From Ramazzottius varieornatus (taxonomy: Eukaryota; Animalia; Tardigrada), in NCBI GenBank assembly GCA_001949185.1, contig BDGG01000011.1:202123-266122 (forward strand): 64,000 bases of DNA. The letters run 5' to 3'. This document shows, in pieces, positions 1 through 12,041 of the stretch. The notes under the pieces are model-generated. The model saw nothing but the letters and a program-made list of their open reading frames with translations. It searched no databases and was not told the origin of the DNA. Every line of letters starts with the position of its first letter. Position 1 is the stretch's first letter. The position numbers and the translations under genes are program-made.

Positions 1-2143
1 TTTCCATGATCTTTGACACGAAAGCCCATTTTGAGAAGCTTATCTCGAAAATTGTCACAGTCTTTCAAAAGCTTTTTGCTTTCTTCTTGTAACGTTTGTA
101 ACGTCGGTTCTTTCTTCAGTCCTCCCAAGGCAGTTTGACGCACCACATTCCTGAACTGCACCACGGCGTCCATCACTTCCTCCAGCGACCGAACTTCTTC
201 CTCGTTCCATGCTCTCCGGTTTTCGGTCGCCAACGCTTTCTTTGTCGGTAACTTCAATCCGAACACGTCAAAAAATGACTGCACAAAATCCGCAGCCCCA
301 AACAAAGCAGAGTGTTCATAAGGACTCAACGTTGAAACTTTAGTGCGAGACTCCTCAATTTGCTTATGGCAAAAGGACACCAGTTCAGAAATATGATACA
401 AAGCTTGAGGAAAATTAAAATCGTCTGCTAAAGAATTATCCACACTTTCCTCAGTCTTTATAATTGCATCTCTGAGCCTTCCTTCATCAAACCAACGAAT
501 TTCCAAAGTTCCTCGTCGATATTCTTCCACTAGGTTCAAGAAGCCCGTTAACCTTGAGATCAATGCATGCGCCGCTCTCAGCTCTTCTTCCCCCAAGGCA
601 CAGTGCGATCTGTAATACTGCATCATACAGAACATTCTAAACTGCATAGCCGAGTGTTTCTTCAGAAAGTCCCTTATCGATATAGAGTTCTTCAGGCTCT
701 TCGACATCTTCGACTCGTCAGGTGCAAGCAAGTGTCCGGTGTGGAGCCACTGCTTGACCCATTGGTCCACCCCGTGCAACGCACAGCACTGCGACTCTTC
801 GTTCTCATGGTGGGGGAACATTAAGTCGATGCCACCGGAATGCAGATCGACTGAAGACCCGAAGAAGTGCGAAGCGACGGTGGAGCATTCAATGTGCCAA
901 CCGGGACGCCCGGGATGAGGACTGAAAGGAACGGACCAAGCTGGCTCGCGGGGCTTGGCGGATTTCCACAAAGCGAAATCAGCTGGATAGTTCTTCTCTT
1001 GCCGCAGCTCGGTCGAGTAGTCTCCCACAAATGCTAAAAACAAGCAAAATCTTAGTTCCAACTGTTGTGATAACGACAAAGCTCAGGATTGAATTCTTTC
1101 GAACGCAAACTTTCGTAGAAAACCACCCTCATGACCAGACGCAGCGTAACAACACAAAACCGATCTTCAGCAGAAGTATTCGTGGCGTTGGTGCGCCAGA
1201 TAGTCAAGATCCATGAAAATCTAATCCAGCTTTATTTTTGACTTCCGTAGTCAACTTACAAAAGTCTTCTTGCATCGGTTTGAATTTTCCGCTTCGTCCG
1301 TAAGCTCTGGTGTCAAAGTAGACGCTTCCGGAAGGTACGATGTACGCTAGATTCCGTTGTAGCAGTCCTTCTACGAAGTGAATGGCCTGTGGGATGAAGT
1401 CAGAGATACGGGCGACAATATTCGGAGGTTTCACGTTGAGCGACTCCATATCTTCGAGAAATTCTTTTTCGTAATGTTTGGCGATTTCCAACCACACAAC
1501 ACCTTTCTGCAACACGAAAAGCTTCAATCCTTCGTAGATAGGCACAGACATCATCAGGTGATTTGATAGATGATAACCAGCGCCGATGTTAGTTCGCGCA
1601 CAATGCAGCTACAGGGAGCTAGCGTTGTGCGTCACTCTAACGAGGCACGCTTGGCCATTTAGTCGACCGAATGGCGCACTGAGTTGTTATAATGACATGA
1701 TGCCATGCGCCTGCTTAGTAGTGGAGATTGGTCTACCTTACTTCGTTGGCTTTGGCAATGATTTTGTCATCGATATCCGTGACATTCACAGCATACCGGA
1801 CTCTCATTCTTCTTCTGTCCTCCAGAAAACGCCGAATAAGATCGAACTGGACGTAGGTATATGCGTGTCCCATATGCGCGCTGTCGTAGACAGTTGGACC
1901 GCAGCAGTACCATGTCAGTCCGGAGGGATCGGATGTTCGTAGCGTTTCTTTCTTGCGGCTCAAAGAGTTCGTCAACGTTATTGGAGGTAGCGTCTGGGTC
2001 GATAACAGACCCTTACCAGGTGAGTTGGACGCACAGCGTGACAGGACATGCAGTGACTTCCGGCGAGCGTACAATGGTCCCTGTCGAGGCAAGCGACCTG
2101 CAAGAAAACAATGTATGAACAACCCCTCCATAACCACCGCCAT
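1..2143 (-). CDS. CARS2: Cysteinyl-tRNA synthetase, mitochondrial-type; exons 2143-1742, 1506-1260, 1033-<1 (C-terminus runs off the window)
   Basis: WYCCGPTVYDSAHMGHA (HIGH motif), NVTDIDDKII, GSVYFD, DFALWK, GRPGWHIECS, GGIDLMFPHHENE and KMSKSLKN. GT-AG introns keep the frame. The basic N-terminal extension looks like a mitochondrial presequence (inference). Confidence 0.93.
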
Positions 2144-2309
2144 GTCTGTTACGGAGAACCGGTAACACTAAGGTTTTCTCGCATCATCTCCTCCGAAATT
2201 CATTGTTTAGATAAAGTTCCGGGACGAAAACGAGTGAGAACAATGAAGCAAGTCCAGCAACAATTCTAGCACAAGCTGGAAAATGAAAAGCGAAAACGAC
2301 AACAACGAA

Positions 2310-2588
2310 CAGCGATGGACGGGTGATTTGCTCAGCCTAATATCCAAAATCAGGGGACTGGCACTGACAACCCGCCAAGAATCAGTGCAACAGGAAAATT
2401 TCGTGATAAGTGCTGAATCCTACCTCTATTGAACAGGAGACCCAGTGTTCGAACGTCCACGAGAATGGTATTTCCGTAAAAGAAATATTGATCGAGTGAT
2501 CGCCGTTCTTAAGTTGGGCGGTATTTAAAGTTGCAAAGCCGTTCTGTGTTTTGATTAATTCACTAAGTAAATAACCCGTCCATCGCTG
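2310..2588. mobile_element. Non-autonomous hAT-like MITE (279 bp)
   Basis: Terminal inverted repeat CAGCGATGGACGGGT(G/T)ATTT. Flanking 8-mers ACAACGAA (2302-2309) and TCAACGAA (2589-2596) match 7/8, consistent with an 8-bp TSD. Confidence 0.7.
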
Positions 2589-2620
2589 TCAACGAAAATC
2601 GTTGAGAACGGGGCATGATG

Positions 2621-3311
2621 TAGTGATGTTCTAATATGGGTTAATGAGATCTAATATATAAAAACAAATATCCGCCGTCCATCAAAGTTCTAATAAGTGA
2701 CCACTACTATAGTAAAACGTCTACCTGAATTAGTAAAATATTACTATAGTAGAACTTTCGGGGGTTTGTTATTAAAATATGTTTTAATATCGGAGAGCTC
2801 GACGGAAGATCTAAAGATTCAGAATCACAACCATCAGATCAGCAAAAATACTGTAGTACAGCCTGCACCCTGCACCTGCACACTGTAACATGGCCGATTG
2901 AAGTGTCAGACTGTATGCAGGTGCACGATGTTCAAGGGTATTTATTCTGCAGTAGCCCTACTGTACTGCTGTAGAGGCATCATCATGGTGTGGCGCACTT
3001 TATAAGGCATGGTCGCACATCGAGAAGCCAACGCACGCGCATCAGAACTCAGCAAATCAACCAGTTTTTCGAATCAGCGGTAGCGTTAACCCGTATTGAA
3101 ATTTATTTTACTATGGATGATGGACAACTTAATAATAAAATATGGCACTTCCGGTTTCAAGCTAATAAAATATAAATATTGGAATGCGGTGCCCAATTCT
3201 GTTTACTAAATATTACTAAATATAGTAGATGCTTAAAACATCTACTATAGATGCTTAAAACATCTACTATCATCTACTTTAATATAATATTACTACATTA
3301 GAACATCACTA
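2621..3311. mobile_element. Non-autonomous hAT element (691 bp)
   Basis: Perfect 15-bp TIR TAGTGATGTTCTAAT / ATTAGAACATCACTA. Perfect 8-bp TSD GCATGATG (2613-2620, 3312-3319). AT-rich interior with a 22-bp tandem duplication at 3226-3269. Confidence 0.9.
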
Positions 3312-3586
3312 GCATGATGGTGGCGTTTGAAGCAGCTGATTCAGATCAATCAGGACAAAGCCAACACGAATTCAACGACGCGTTGGACGGGTGATTTAGT
3401 GTTCAACGAATCAAGAGATATACTGTAATCTGTTTTGCGATTTGCGATTTTTCTAGTTTTTCCGCTCGCTTGATCTCATCCTCCCCAGTTTACCATCTCC
3501 TCGAGATCTTCTTCGGGCTTCGTCTTGCCGACTGGGACGTGCGTTTGTGTGCAGCATTAGAAGCGTCCTTTGCGCTGGATATAACC

Positions 3587-4179
3587 ATGCTCGTGGAAGC
3601 CAGGATTTGTTCGGTCTGCAAAGGTAAGAACTCATCTTTTCGTCCTCTCTTCATTCAGTGAAGTTCTATCATCTAGTGAGCAAGACTCTGTGGACAAGAA
3701 GCTTTTCCACCTCCGGAGCTGCTTTGCGACGCCATGGATTATCGAACGGAAAGCCAATTAGTATTTACGGTTGGAGGAAGGAGTAGGTTGCATTGCTTGT
3801 TCAATCAACTTCCGGTTCAATCAACTCATTCTATTTTTCTAGGAGGGATATTCCACCTTGCGCAACCGAATACGGTCCCCTCTCCGATCTCCCGGACTTC
3901 AGGTTCGAAGATGGTAGACCGGCGCCCCTTAGTCGTGGTCAAAGAAATCGACTCAACCAGAACGAAGCTCAGGCACAACGTATCAGTTTTCTGCTGAACG
4001 AAGTCGACTCTGCCGTCAACACTCACAGAATGAACCAACAGACTCGACTACAAGAACGCCAGGCGATCATCGAAGAGAAACTCATGGAGAAGGGCAAACC
4101 ATTTCCTTTGAAACTCAGCGTTCCTTTGGACGAGAGAAGACCACTGAATCTGCCGAAAGAGAATTCAAGTTCGTCTTGA
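3587..4179 (+). CDS. MRPL52: Mitochondrial ribosomal protein L52 (mL52); exons 3587-3623, 3677-3782, 3843-4179
   Basis: Spliced product has an RSFSTS-type presequence, then GWRKERDIPPCATEYGPLSDLPDFRFEDGRPAPLSRGQ, matching the mL52 motif YGPLT.LPDW...DGRPAP..KGQ, then a coiled region ending LMEKG. AATAAA near 4311. Confidence 0.88.
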
Positions 4180-4435
4180 TGGAGTATTGAGTATTCGGTT
4201 CAGTTTTGTTCGCTGTTTTCTTTCTCGTCTACGAGCAAACTGTTTTCACAGCGGAATGTGGTGCGTGAAAGGACCTGAGAAATGTGAGAAGAGGTACAAA
4301 AAAGCAACAGAATAAAAACTCTCTCTGTCTCTCTGGATCAAACCGAACAGAATGAAAGACTAAGAAACGTTGGACAGTTTTTTGACCATTTTCCTCAAAC
4401 AATGAAAACCAAAAAAACTCCGAGTATCGATCTGT

Positions 4436-6083
4436 TCATGCAACCATGAAACTATCGCTCTTCTGAATGTCAGAAGACAGGTCGATCTCTTCCAGTCCAT
4501 CCCATTCATCCAGAGATCCCGGAGAGAGGAGTGCGACGGACGTTGTGTCTTTTCCAACGACGGGAGTCGACACGATGGCGGCTTCCAATGCGGCCAACTT
4601 CCGGTTCTGTTGGATCAGCTTCGATACAACATGGACTATCACACCGCTCATACATATGACCAAACCTACGAAGTTCAGCGGTGATATTCTGTCACCGTAA
4701 AATTCGTAGGCGAGGACAAACTGGCAAATTTCCTGAAAATCAAGATGGACTTTAATTAGAATTCAAAACCGCGCAACATTCAGACGAATTTTCTAACCTT
4801 CGAAATTCCCGCTACGCTCAAAGTGATGGAAGACGTGTGTGTCAGAAGAACGTATTCTGAAACTTCCATAAGAAAGCCAGCAATTCCTCCTCCGGCGATG
4901 AGCAAAACAGTGCGGACGGTTTCTTCTCTCGTAAGAAAAGCTTCTGACTGAAGAAATGACTTCCCTGAAGATCAACAGTACGTTCGAGTTCCGTAAAAAG
5001 AAACTACTAAAGTCTACAGACATCAAGGAGCTTTGGAAGAAGACATTTTACCTTCGAAGACGATAGCTAGAGGAAGCAGCGTGACGAACATCCACGGTTG
5101 GATATGAAAGATCATATCAACCGGGTTGCTCAAGCCGAAGTCTTCCTTCTGCATCAGGACCTGCGACAGGGTCCACCGAATGCCCGAAAGAACGGATGCC
5201 CCAAGGACCAAGGAAAACCCGAAAGCGTGGAACTGCGTGGACTCGAATGTGAAAAGGAAGAGCCCAACGGAAATCAACGTCACCACGGCCAGCAGTGACC
5301 ATCGCTAAAAGAAAAATGGGGTATCACAATTATGAAACGACTGACAAGTCCAGAGAAATCTCTTACGAATTTTTCCAGCTTGAGCAATAGGGCGAATATC
5401 AGTATGAAGACGATGGTAGAAGATTTGGTCATTGTGTACCTGTGAGAAAATACAGCAGGATATATTAGCAAGTCAGTTTCAGGTGAAAGTTATTTAAAGT
5501 TGTCTGAATGGTGCTTACAGGGAAATCGTGATGAAGGCCAAGCTCCAATTCGACATTCCAATGTCAAGTGCGGCCGCCATTCCAGCCGGAGCAATCCTGG
5601 TTATGGAAGTCATGCAGGAAATTGTTGAGCGATTCTGTCCGGAAGACCAGCACCACGCGTAACGGACAGCGGCAGCCAGGAGGAACTTGATTGCGAAGTG
5701 CCCGGTAACGATTGTCAACGGAAAATCGAAAAACTGCGGATCAACACGCAACGAATATTCTACACGGAATCTTTTTGAAACGGAAAAGTGACCGAATATT
5801 GACGTACCTGGATAAACTTTTTCTGGTAGAACGTGAGGCCGATAGAAAAGAGGTAGTAAAGGGCGACGAGGGAAACTGTCTTGACGACGTAGACCAGGAA
5901 CCACTGCGACAAGATGCTCTTCCTCGCGTTCTTCTGTTCCGAGGGACTCATAGAACGTCGTGGCATTTCGGGCATGTTAAGCCGGCCTTGCGCCATGGTG
6001 GAGGGAGGCTTGAGCTTTTTCAGAAGGGCCAGATACTTGTCATAGCGCTTGCGAATGTACAGCGCGAGCCGCGTGCGACTCAT
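4436..6083 (-). CDS. SLC35C2: Solute carrier family 35 member C2 (triose-phosphate/nucleotide-sugar transporter fold); exons 6083-5808, 5733-5519, 5439-5367, 5304-5052, 4964-4798, 4732-4436
   Basis: Motifs [64 protein letters not shown] and [15 protein letters not shown]. All junction phases are compatible. The start could instead be the ATG at 5996. Confidence 0.92.
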
Positions 6084-7217
6084 TCTGCAAGACACACGAA
6101 TTCATCCGACAGGATTCTAATAAGCCACCAATGACGTAACGAAACCACACAAGCGCTGCACGAGGGATTAAATGTAGCAGACGGCATCATCCATGACGTC
6201 ATGCACCAATTGGAAAGTAGTTCTCCGACGTGTCAGTCTTACCATTCAACGAATTCTTCCTCTCGTGAACCAGAACGCCGCTTGTGGATCTGTGCTAGGT
6301 CTTGGTCCGAAGAGCACGAATCTTGGCTCTGGCATGTGTGGTAAAATTTCTCAGGAGCTCTTAAAGCCAACAGATGGCTGTGGTCAGCTCTCTCCGGTTG
6401 ATGGACGCTTTTCCGTTGCCAATCATACCCTGGAAAATCCAGCCTGTTGCAACGACCTGTTGAGTAATTACGAAACAGAAAGCACTGACATACCTCGTGC
6501 AGTTCGCTCCGTCGTCTGAGAAACATTAGGTAATCCTGACCCAGCACGCCAAGTGGAAATGGCAGGTATCTATTCATTGGCTGGTCATCGCGGCTGATGT
6601 TGTCTTCTGTTGCCTGCTGGGCAATCAGCAAAAAAATACAACAAACGAGCCCCTGGCAACGTTCCACAGCCCTCAAGGGCGGTCAAAGGTAAAATCACCG
6701 GGTTCCAAATAACCGTACCCGATGGCCTGCCTCAGTAGCGTTGACACCTGGACGAACGTGATGAGACCAGAAGCCCTCAATGTTCAGCCGAAGGGGTGAG
6801 CCTTTTGGATCTCAGTTGTTGCACCCCGGTGTGGGTCAATCAATTGAGTCACATGGGCAAATGGAAGATGAATCACCGATTGACGTCACTTTAATTCGTG
6901 ATGAATTTTGATGGACGGATCTTGCGAATGCTAGAAATTCAGTCGTCTCCGTGGTTCATCAACGAAAAACACCTTCGAACCTCTTTTGAGTAAGCAAACT
7001 GTGACCACGGCTCCGCTGTTCTAGGACTGCGAGATCTTCACTGGACCAGAAGTTCTGCAGGACGTGTTGAACAGCTGAAAGGATTCAGGTGAGTAACATT
7101 GTTGGCTTTCCGTTTCTCTCGCAAAATCCTGGCTGCCCTGTTTCAGGTTGTAGCTGTCTCAGTTGTTTTTACAGAACTTCCGAGCTTTTAGGGGTAACTA
7201 TCAAATCCACAGACGGG

Positions 7218-8589
7218 ATGGCGTGGATATCGAAAGCTTTTGGTACCAAGAAGAAGGAAGAGATAGCCACCCCTCAAGATGCCATCCAACGACTTCGTGA
7301 GACCGAAGAAATGCTGACCAAAAAGTCGGACTTTCTGGAGAAGAAGATCGAACAAGAGATTGCTACAGCTAAAAGACATGGGACCAAGAACAAGCGTGGT
7401 GAGTTCAAAAGACAGAATACGGAAACTTCAAGGCGAACCACGCTAACAGAGAATTGTGGTACTCATGTGCATGGCGTGCGCTCGCTTGGTAGAGTTGTGC
7501 TGTAGCGGCACATACACTGAGTTTGAGGCATGCACTTGGGTACAACAATTGTCTTCATCTGTTGTCCCCGGAATGATTGATCAATTACCACGGTTCCTCC
7601 TGTGTTTCTCAGCGGCCATCGCCGCCCTTAAGCGGAAGAAGAGATGCGAGAAGCAGCTGCAACAAATCGACGGTACGTTATCCACCATTGAGTTCCAGCG
7701 TGAAGCCTTGGAGAATGCCAACACCAACACCGAAGTCCTCAAAATCATGGGCGTCGCGGCCAAGGCTCTCAAGACTGCCCATCAAAACATGTGAGTCTTT
7801 GGGCTCTTTCCTGTCGCTAGATTGATCCGAAGTGTACGAACTCTGTTAATCGCAGGGATGTAGATCAAGTTCATGATTTGATGGACGAAGTCGCTGAACA
7901 GCAGGAAATCGCCAACGAGATATCCGAAGCCATCTCAAATCCCGTTGGGTTTGGCCATGACGTTGATGAGGTTAGTTGGTTTTGTGATTCGCAGCCTCGT
8001 TGAACGGTTGCTTGAAACCTCTTGCGTGCTCTAGGCGGAACTGGAGGCCGAGTTGGAGGAGCTCGAACAGGAAGAGCTGGAGAAGCAGCTGTTGGACGTC
8101 ACACCAGCAACCAAGGATCAGCTGCCGTCCGTTCCTGCTACGGAACCTGCGTCCAGCAGTAAACATCTGTCTTTCTCGAAAACCAACCTGTTCTATGGCT
8201 TTTTCTCAAGCTCCTAATTTTCGCCGCTTAATATGTTTTACGCGAAACGGGAGCTCGAAGCTCTACAAACCAACTCGACAAGTTGGATTTCTCAACTGGC
8301 GCACGTTTGCTGTATTTTTGGCTGGGAGCTTGCGTCGCTTGAAAAGCGCTCTTGTCGAGTTCGTTTGCCAAGCTCAAAATACTCGTCATTTGAATTTGTT
8401 TCAGATTTTTTATGGAACTATTATAACTAACGTTTAATTCAGCTTTTCTTACCCAGTATTCGGTCCGGTCAGGATTCTCTCTTTGTCTTTGTAGGCAGAG
8501 CACCCCGTGTTCCAGCTCGAGGTGCTGCAGCCAAGGCCGCCGATCACGAGGATGACGATATGAAGGAATTGGCGCAGTGGGCGAGCTAG
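7218..8589 (+). CDS. CHMP4B: ESCRT-III subunit CHMP4/Snf7/Shrub; exons 7218-7398, 7613-7790, 7856-7970, 8035-8158, 8495-8589
   Basis: AIQRLRETEEMLTKKSDFLEKKIEQE, LQQIDGTLSTIEFQREALENANTNTEVL, MDVDQVHDLMDEVAEQQEIANEISEAISNPVGFG, and the C-terminal ALIX-binding-type DDDMKELAQWAS. Divergent from SLC35C2, with a 5'UTR splice donor at 7089. Confidence 0.96.
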
Positions 8590-11500
8590 ATGCTCCGGAG
8601 GCTGTACTGGACAACAACCAGCCTTTTTTCCGGTCCTTGCTTTCAGTTTAACCAGTTTCATTTTCGAACTTCATGATGTTTACTGTTTATTCTTGTGATC
8701 ATGGGGTTTCAAACACGTACTTGACCATGTTTTGCTCTTGGAAAGGTTCACACGGCTAATATTTATAGGTAATTCGAATCAGTCACCTGCCACGTAGTAA
8801 TTTCTTAGTCTGGCTTTTGCATCTTGAATTAAACTTTCTTTCTGGACGAAGAAAAGGTGGAAACGCGTTTTTCCTTTGTGTTGGGATTTTTCTGGAAGCT
8901 TAAGAGTGTTCATTCGCTGTTTTCCGTACTTCTTTTTCCTGCATCTTTCAGTGATTCTTATTTATCGTCTAGTGCCAAAATAAAAGGTCAGTTAGACTAA
9001 TAAGAAACTCCGACAAGGTTATGCGGGGCTGTCAAAGACCAGATAAGAGGGTGCTTGCATCCGCTGAACGGTTTTTCTAGTGGAGCCGAACTTTATCGTC
9101 TGTCATTCGGACTTTCATTAATCGGCCCACAGATATCATTTTGCTGATGTGTTGACTAGAGGAACCTCATAGCGTCGACGGGTGTTCGAAAACGGCGGTG
9201 GATTTTTCCTTGGTCTCCCTCACTCGATGAAAGGCCGTAACAACCCCTCCTTCCATCCAGACTTCACGGCGCCATTGTTAACCAGCACTTCAGTGCCGCA
9301 CTTTTCTCCTAATCGTGAGGCTGATTGCCTCCAGCTTTCCAAGCCTGGATCGGACATATTGCCATTCCCGCCGTTGCGCTTCGTCACGCAGCAGAAACCT
9401 GTCAAAAGCTGCCTCCAATGTTCCAGAAATTGACAAGCAAAAGGTTAATGGTGCGACGAACCGCGTAAAACACAACCTGGGTCGCGTGAAAATATCAGAC
9501 ATAGAAATGATTTGCTTCATAAATTCTTGATAGAAAAATGTTTCAAAAATGGGTCGATGGAGTAATACTTGAATGTCATGATCAGAAGTCGTTGATATTT
9601 CTCGACTATTTTTTTGTGAATATTCAATCACATGTTGTGTAGCTAAACGTGGAGGATGGCCTGGCTGGCTAGCAGTGATCAACATGTAAGCGTGGAAATT
9701 TGTTGGAGCAGTTTGCAAATTGAAGGATGTAGATTGAGTTAGATGCAAATTACCAGAAACCGCTTAAGTGGACACCATCCTATCACTCAAGGTTCAACCA
9801 AGTTCTCCGCATGCGGAAAATACTGGAGACCTTGAACACCTCCGCCAATATCCATGAAAAGTTGCCATAAGGAATTGTACGACTATTGGCGTCTGAACTT
9901 GATAAATGGGGTTGCTCCACTCTTCTGACAGGCTCGTGACCGAAGCTCATGCCACTCTTGAGTTCCAGCTCTTTCATGTGGGTTGGAACATTCGTGGATG
10001 TTACGTCTGCGTGTTGTGGTTGAACAGCTTTCGAATATATAAATTTTCCTTCAAACATTTTGGCTTCGACAGCTTTTGTTAGTCGTTCCGGGAAACTATT
10101 GGATAAACTGTCCGACAGATATTTTGATATTCTGGTTTTCATTCTCTGTTTAGTTCTCCGGTTGGTCGAGGCTAATGGAACCCGTGGACGGATAGAGGAT
10201 CCAAGGTCAGAAAAAAGTGGCGCTGGATTTAGAGGGCATCCGAGCATCGAATCAGAATCCGGTGGGAGTCTAACCCGGTTAGGTTTGATTGATGGCGGAA
10301 GCCAGGCCAATTGAATCGAAGAACCCTAATGTGGATTTCTGTGGGTGCAGTCACCGAACATGATCCATGTAAACAAAGTCCGCCGCGAGCCAGGCTTCGG
10401 ATATCTGACAGCCAACATTATCCGAGGACTAGTTGAGGATGTCGACGGAGAGTGAACTAACGCCTGCCGCTAAACCAACTTGACTTTAGTTCGTGATCGC
10501 TGCGGCATCGTATACTCACTGTTGGCACATACAGTACATCCTGTTAACCGCAGACTTGCTTTGCCTATTGATTCTGTCGACAGCTCGCGGATGGATATCC
10601 TCCAATCGACTCCTGCCCACCGGGAGATGAACGCGAGAAGCCGGAAAGCGAACGAGCTGCTTCAGGCTAGAAAAGCTACTAACTGTACGAGCGCCGGATC
10701 CACTTGAACAACTTTGATTAGCTAGCGTCTTTCCGTACCGACCGGACGAAACTTCCAGTCCGTGGAGATCTCTTGTTTTTCGTGTCACGACGTCCCTTGC
10801 TATTCCTGATCTGATCAACACCCGCGAAAATGATGTAGTCACCAGTGAGCCACAATTGGGTGGTATCGGATATCCAACGTGCGGTTTCGTTGCATTACAG
10901 GTTCCTTCTTTGCCAGCATTTTTCATTATTCAAGGGTATCACGCTTGTGGTTTGATAATCATTCGGCAAAAGTTGAGATTGGTATATGAGCGCTCTTCTT
11001 CTGTTGAGATAGTGGACGAATATAATCGGTAAGAGCTTCGAACTTTATACTATAATGTCTGGGGAGGCTGGGGTACACGTGCTGGGTCACAAAGAGAGCA
11101 GGGAAGGTTTTCCGGCTAACAACCCTTCTCAAAACTTGCCAAAAGTCTTGTCATCGACTGCACTTTCTCATCTAAATTTGTGGTTCGAAGAACCACGCAG
11201 TGATAGTCTGTCTTGAATTTAATTACGACTTTGCTTATTTAAGCGACAAGCCCTTCGAGATATTTCATCAATGCCGGCATGTTTGCATGACGTCTCGTTT
11301 AACACTGGTGAAACCGGAAAGCTAAAGCATGGAATCCGTGGGGCACAGCGTGCAGAGGAAGCCGGCTCATCTTCGAGGGCTCCTCTAAGCGGCGCCTTGA
11401 ATGCCACGTGCTGCGTTGATGGTGGCACTTAGGATTGAACTTTATAGGATATTGAAAAAGGCTTTAGTCGGGCATAAAACGCTTCTGTTCATCAGAATTC

Positions 11501-12041
11501 GTGTGCTGTTGTTTCTTCTCCCTATGGTACGATCCAGCTTAGTACCTTCCCTCATTTACTAATTTGTTGGGAAGGTCCAGATGACGCAACTCCCATGCTG
11601 GCTCTTCAGCTATGACAGATGCCAAGCGCGGAGTTTTCCCGTTTGACATCCAATTTACTCGGCTGCGTTGTACACAGTTTATCTCGCCGAAATCAGGCTC
11701 AATTATCGATTAGGCTTCTTTTTGATGCAAAGTATTATTGATCAACGACTGCATTTTCATGCTTCGGCACAGCCCAGTTCCGTGTTGTGTGAAACTGGAA
11801 AAACCTAACATCCATGACACGTAATTCTTTAAAAAATCGATAAACACTTAATGATATTCCTGCTATCTCTGGACGTTATTTACGCAAAAACTCTGTGTTT
11901 ACATAAAGGTAGCAGATAGACGTGACGCGAAATTGAAAGTCCTTCGTCAGAGGTCTTTCACCGCTTCGGAGAGTTATCCAAGTGTTACATATGTAGTTTC
12001 ATATTATTCATTTTCTGTCATTTTTTTAGACCTGTTCGAAC

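Noticed and set aside
6239-6676. 145-aa minus ORF upstream of SLC35C2
   Set aside because: Splicing its donor to the SLC35C2 exon creates TGA before the ATG; more likely 5'UTR exons or a uORF, with no recognisable homology.
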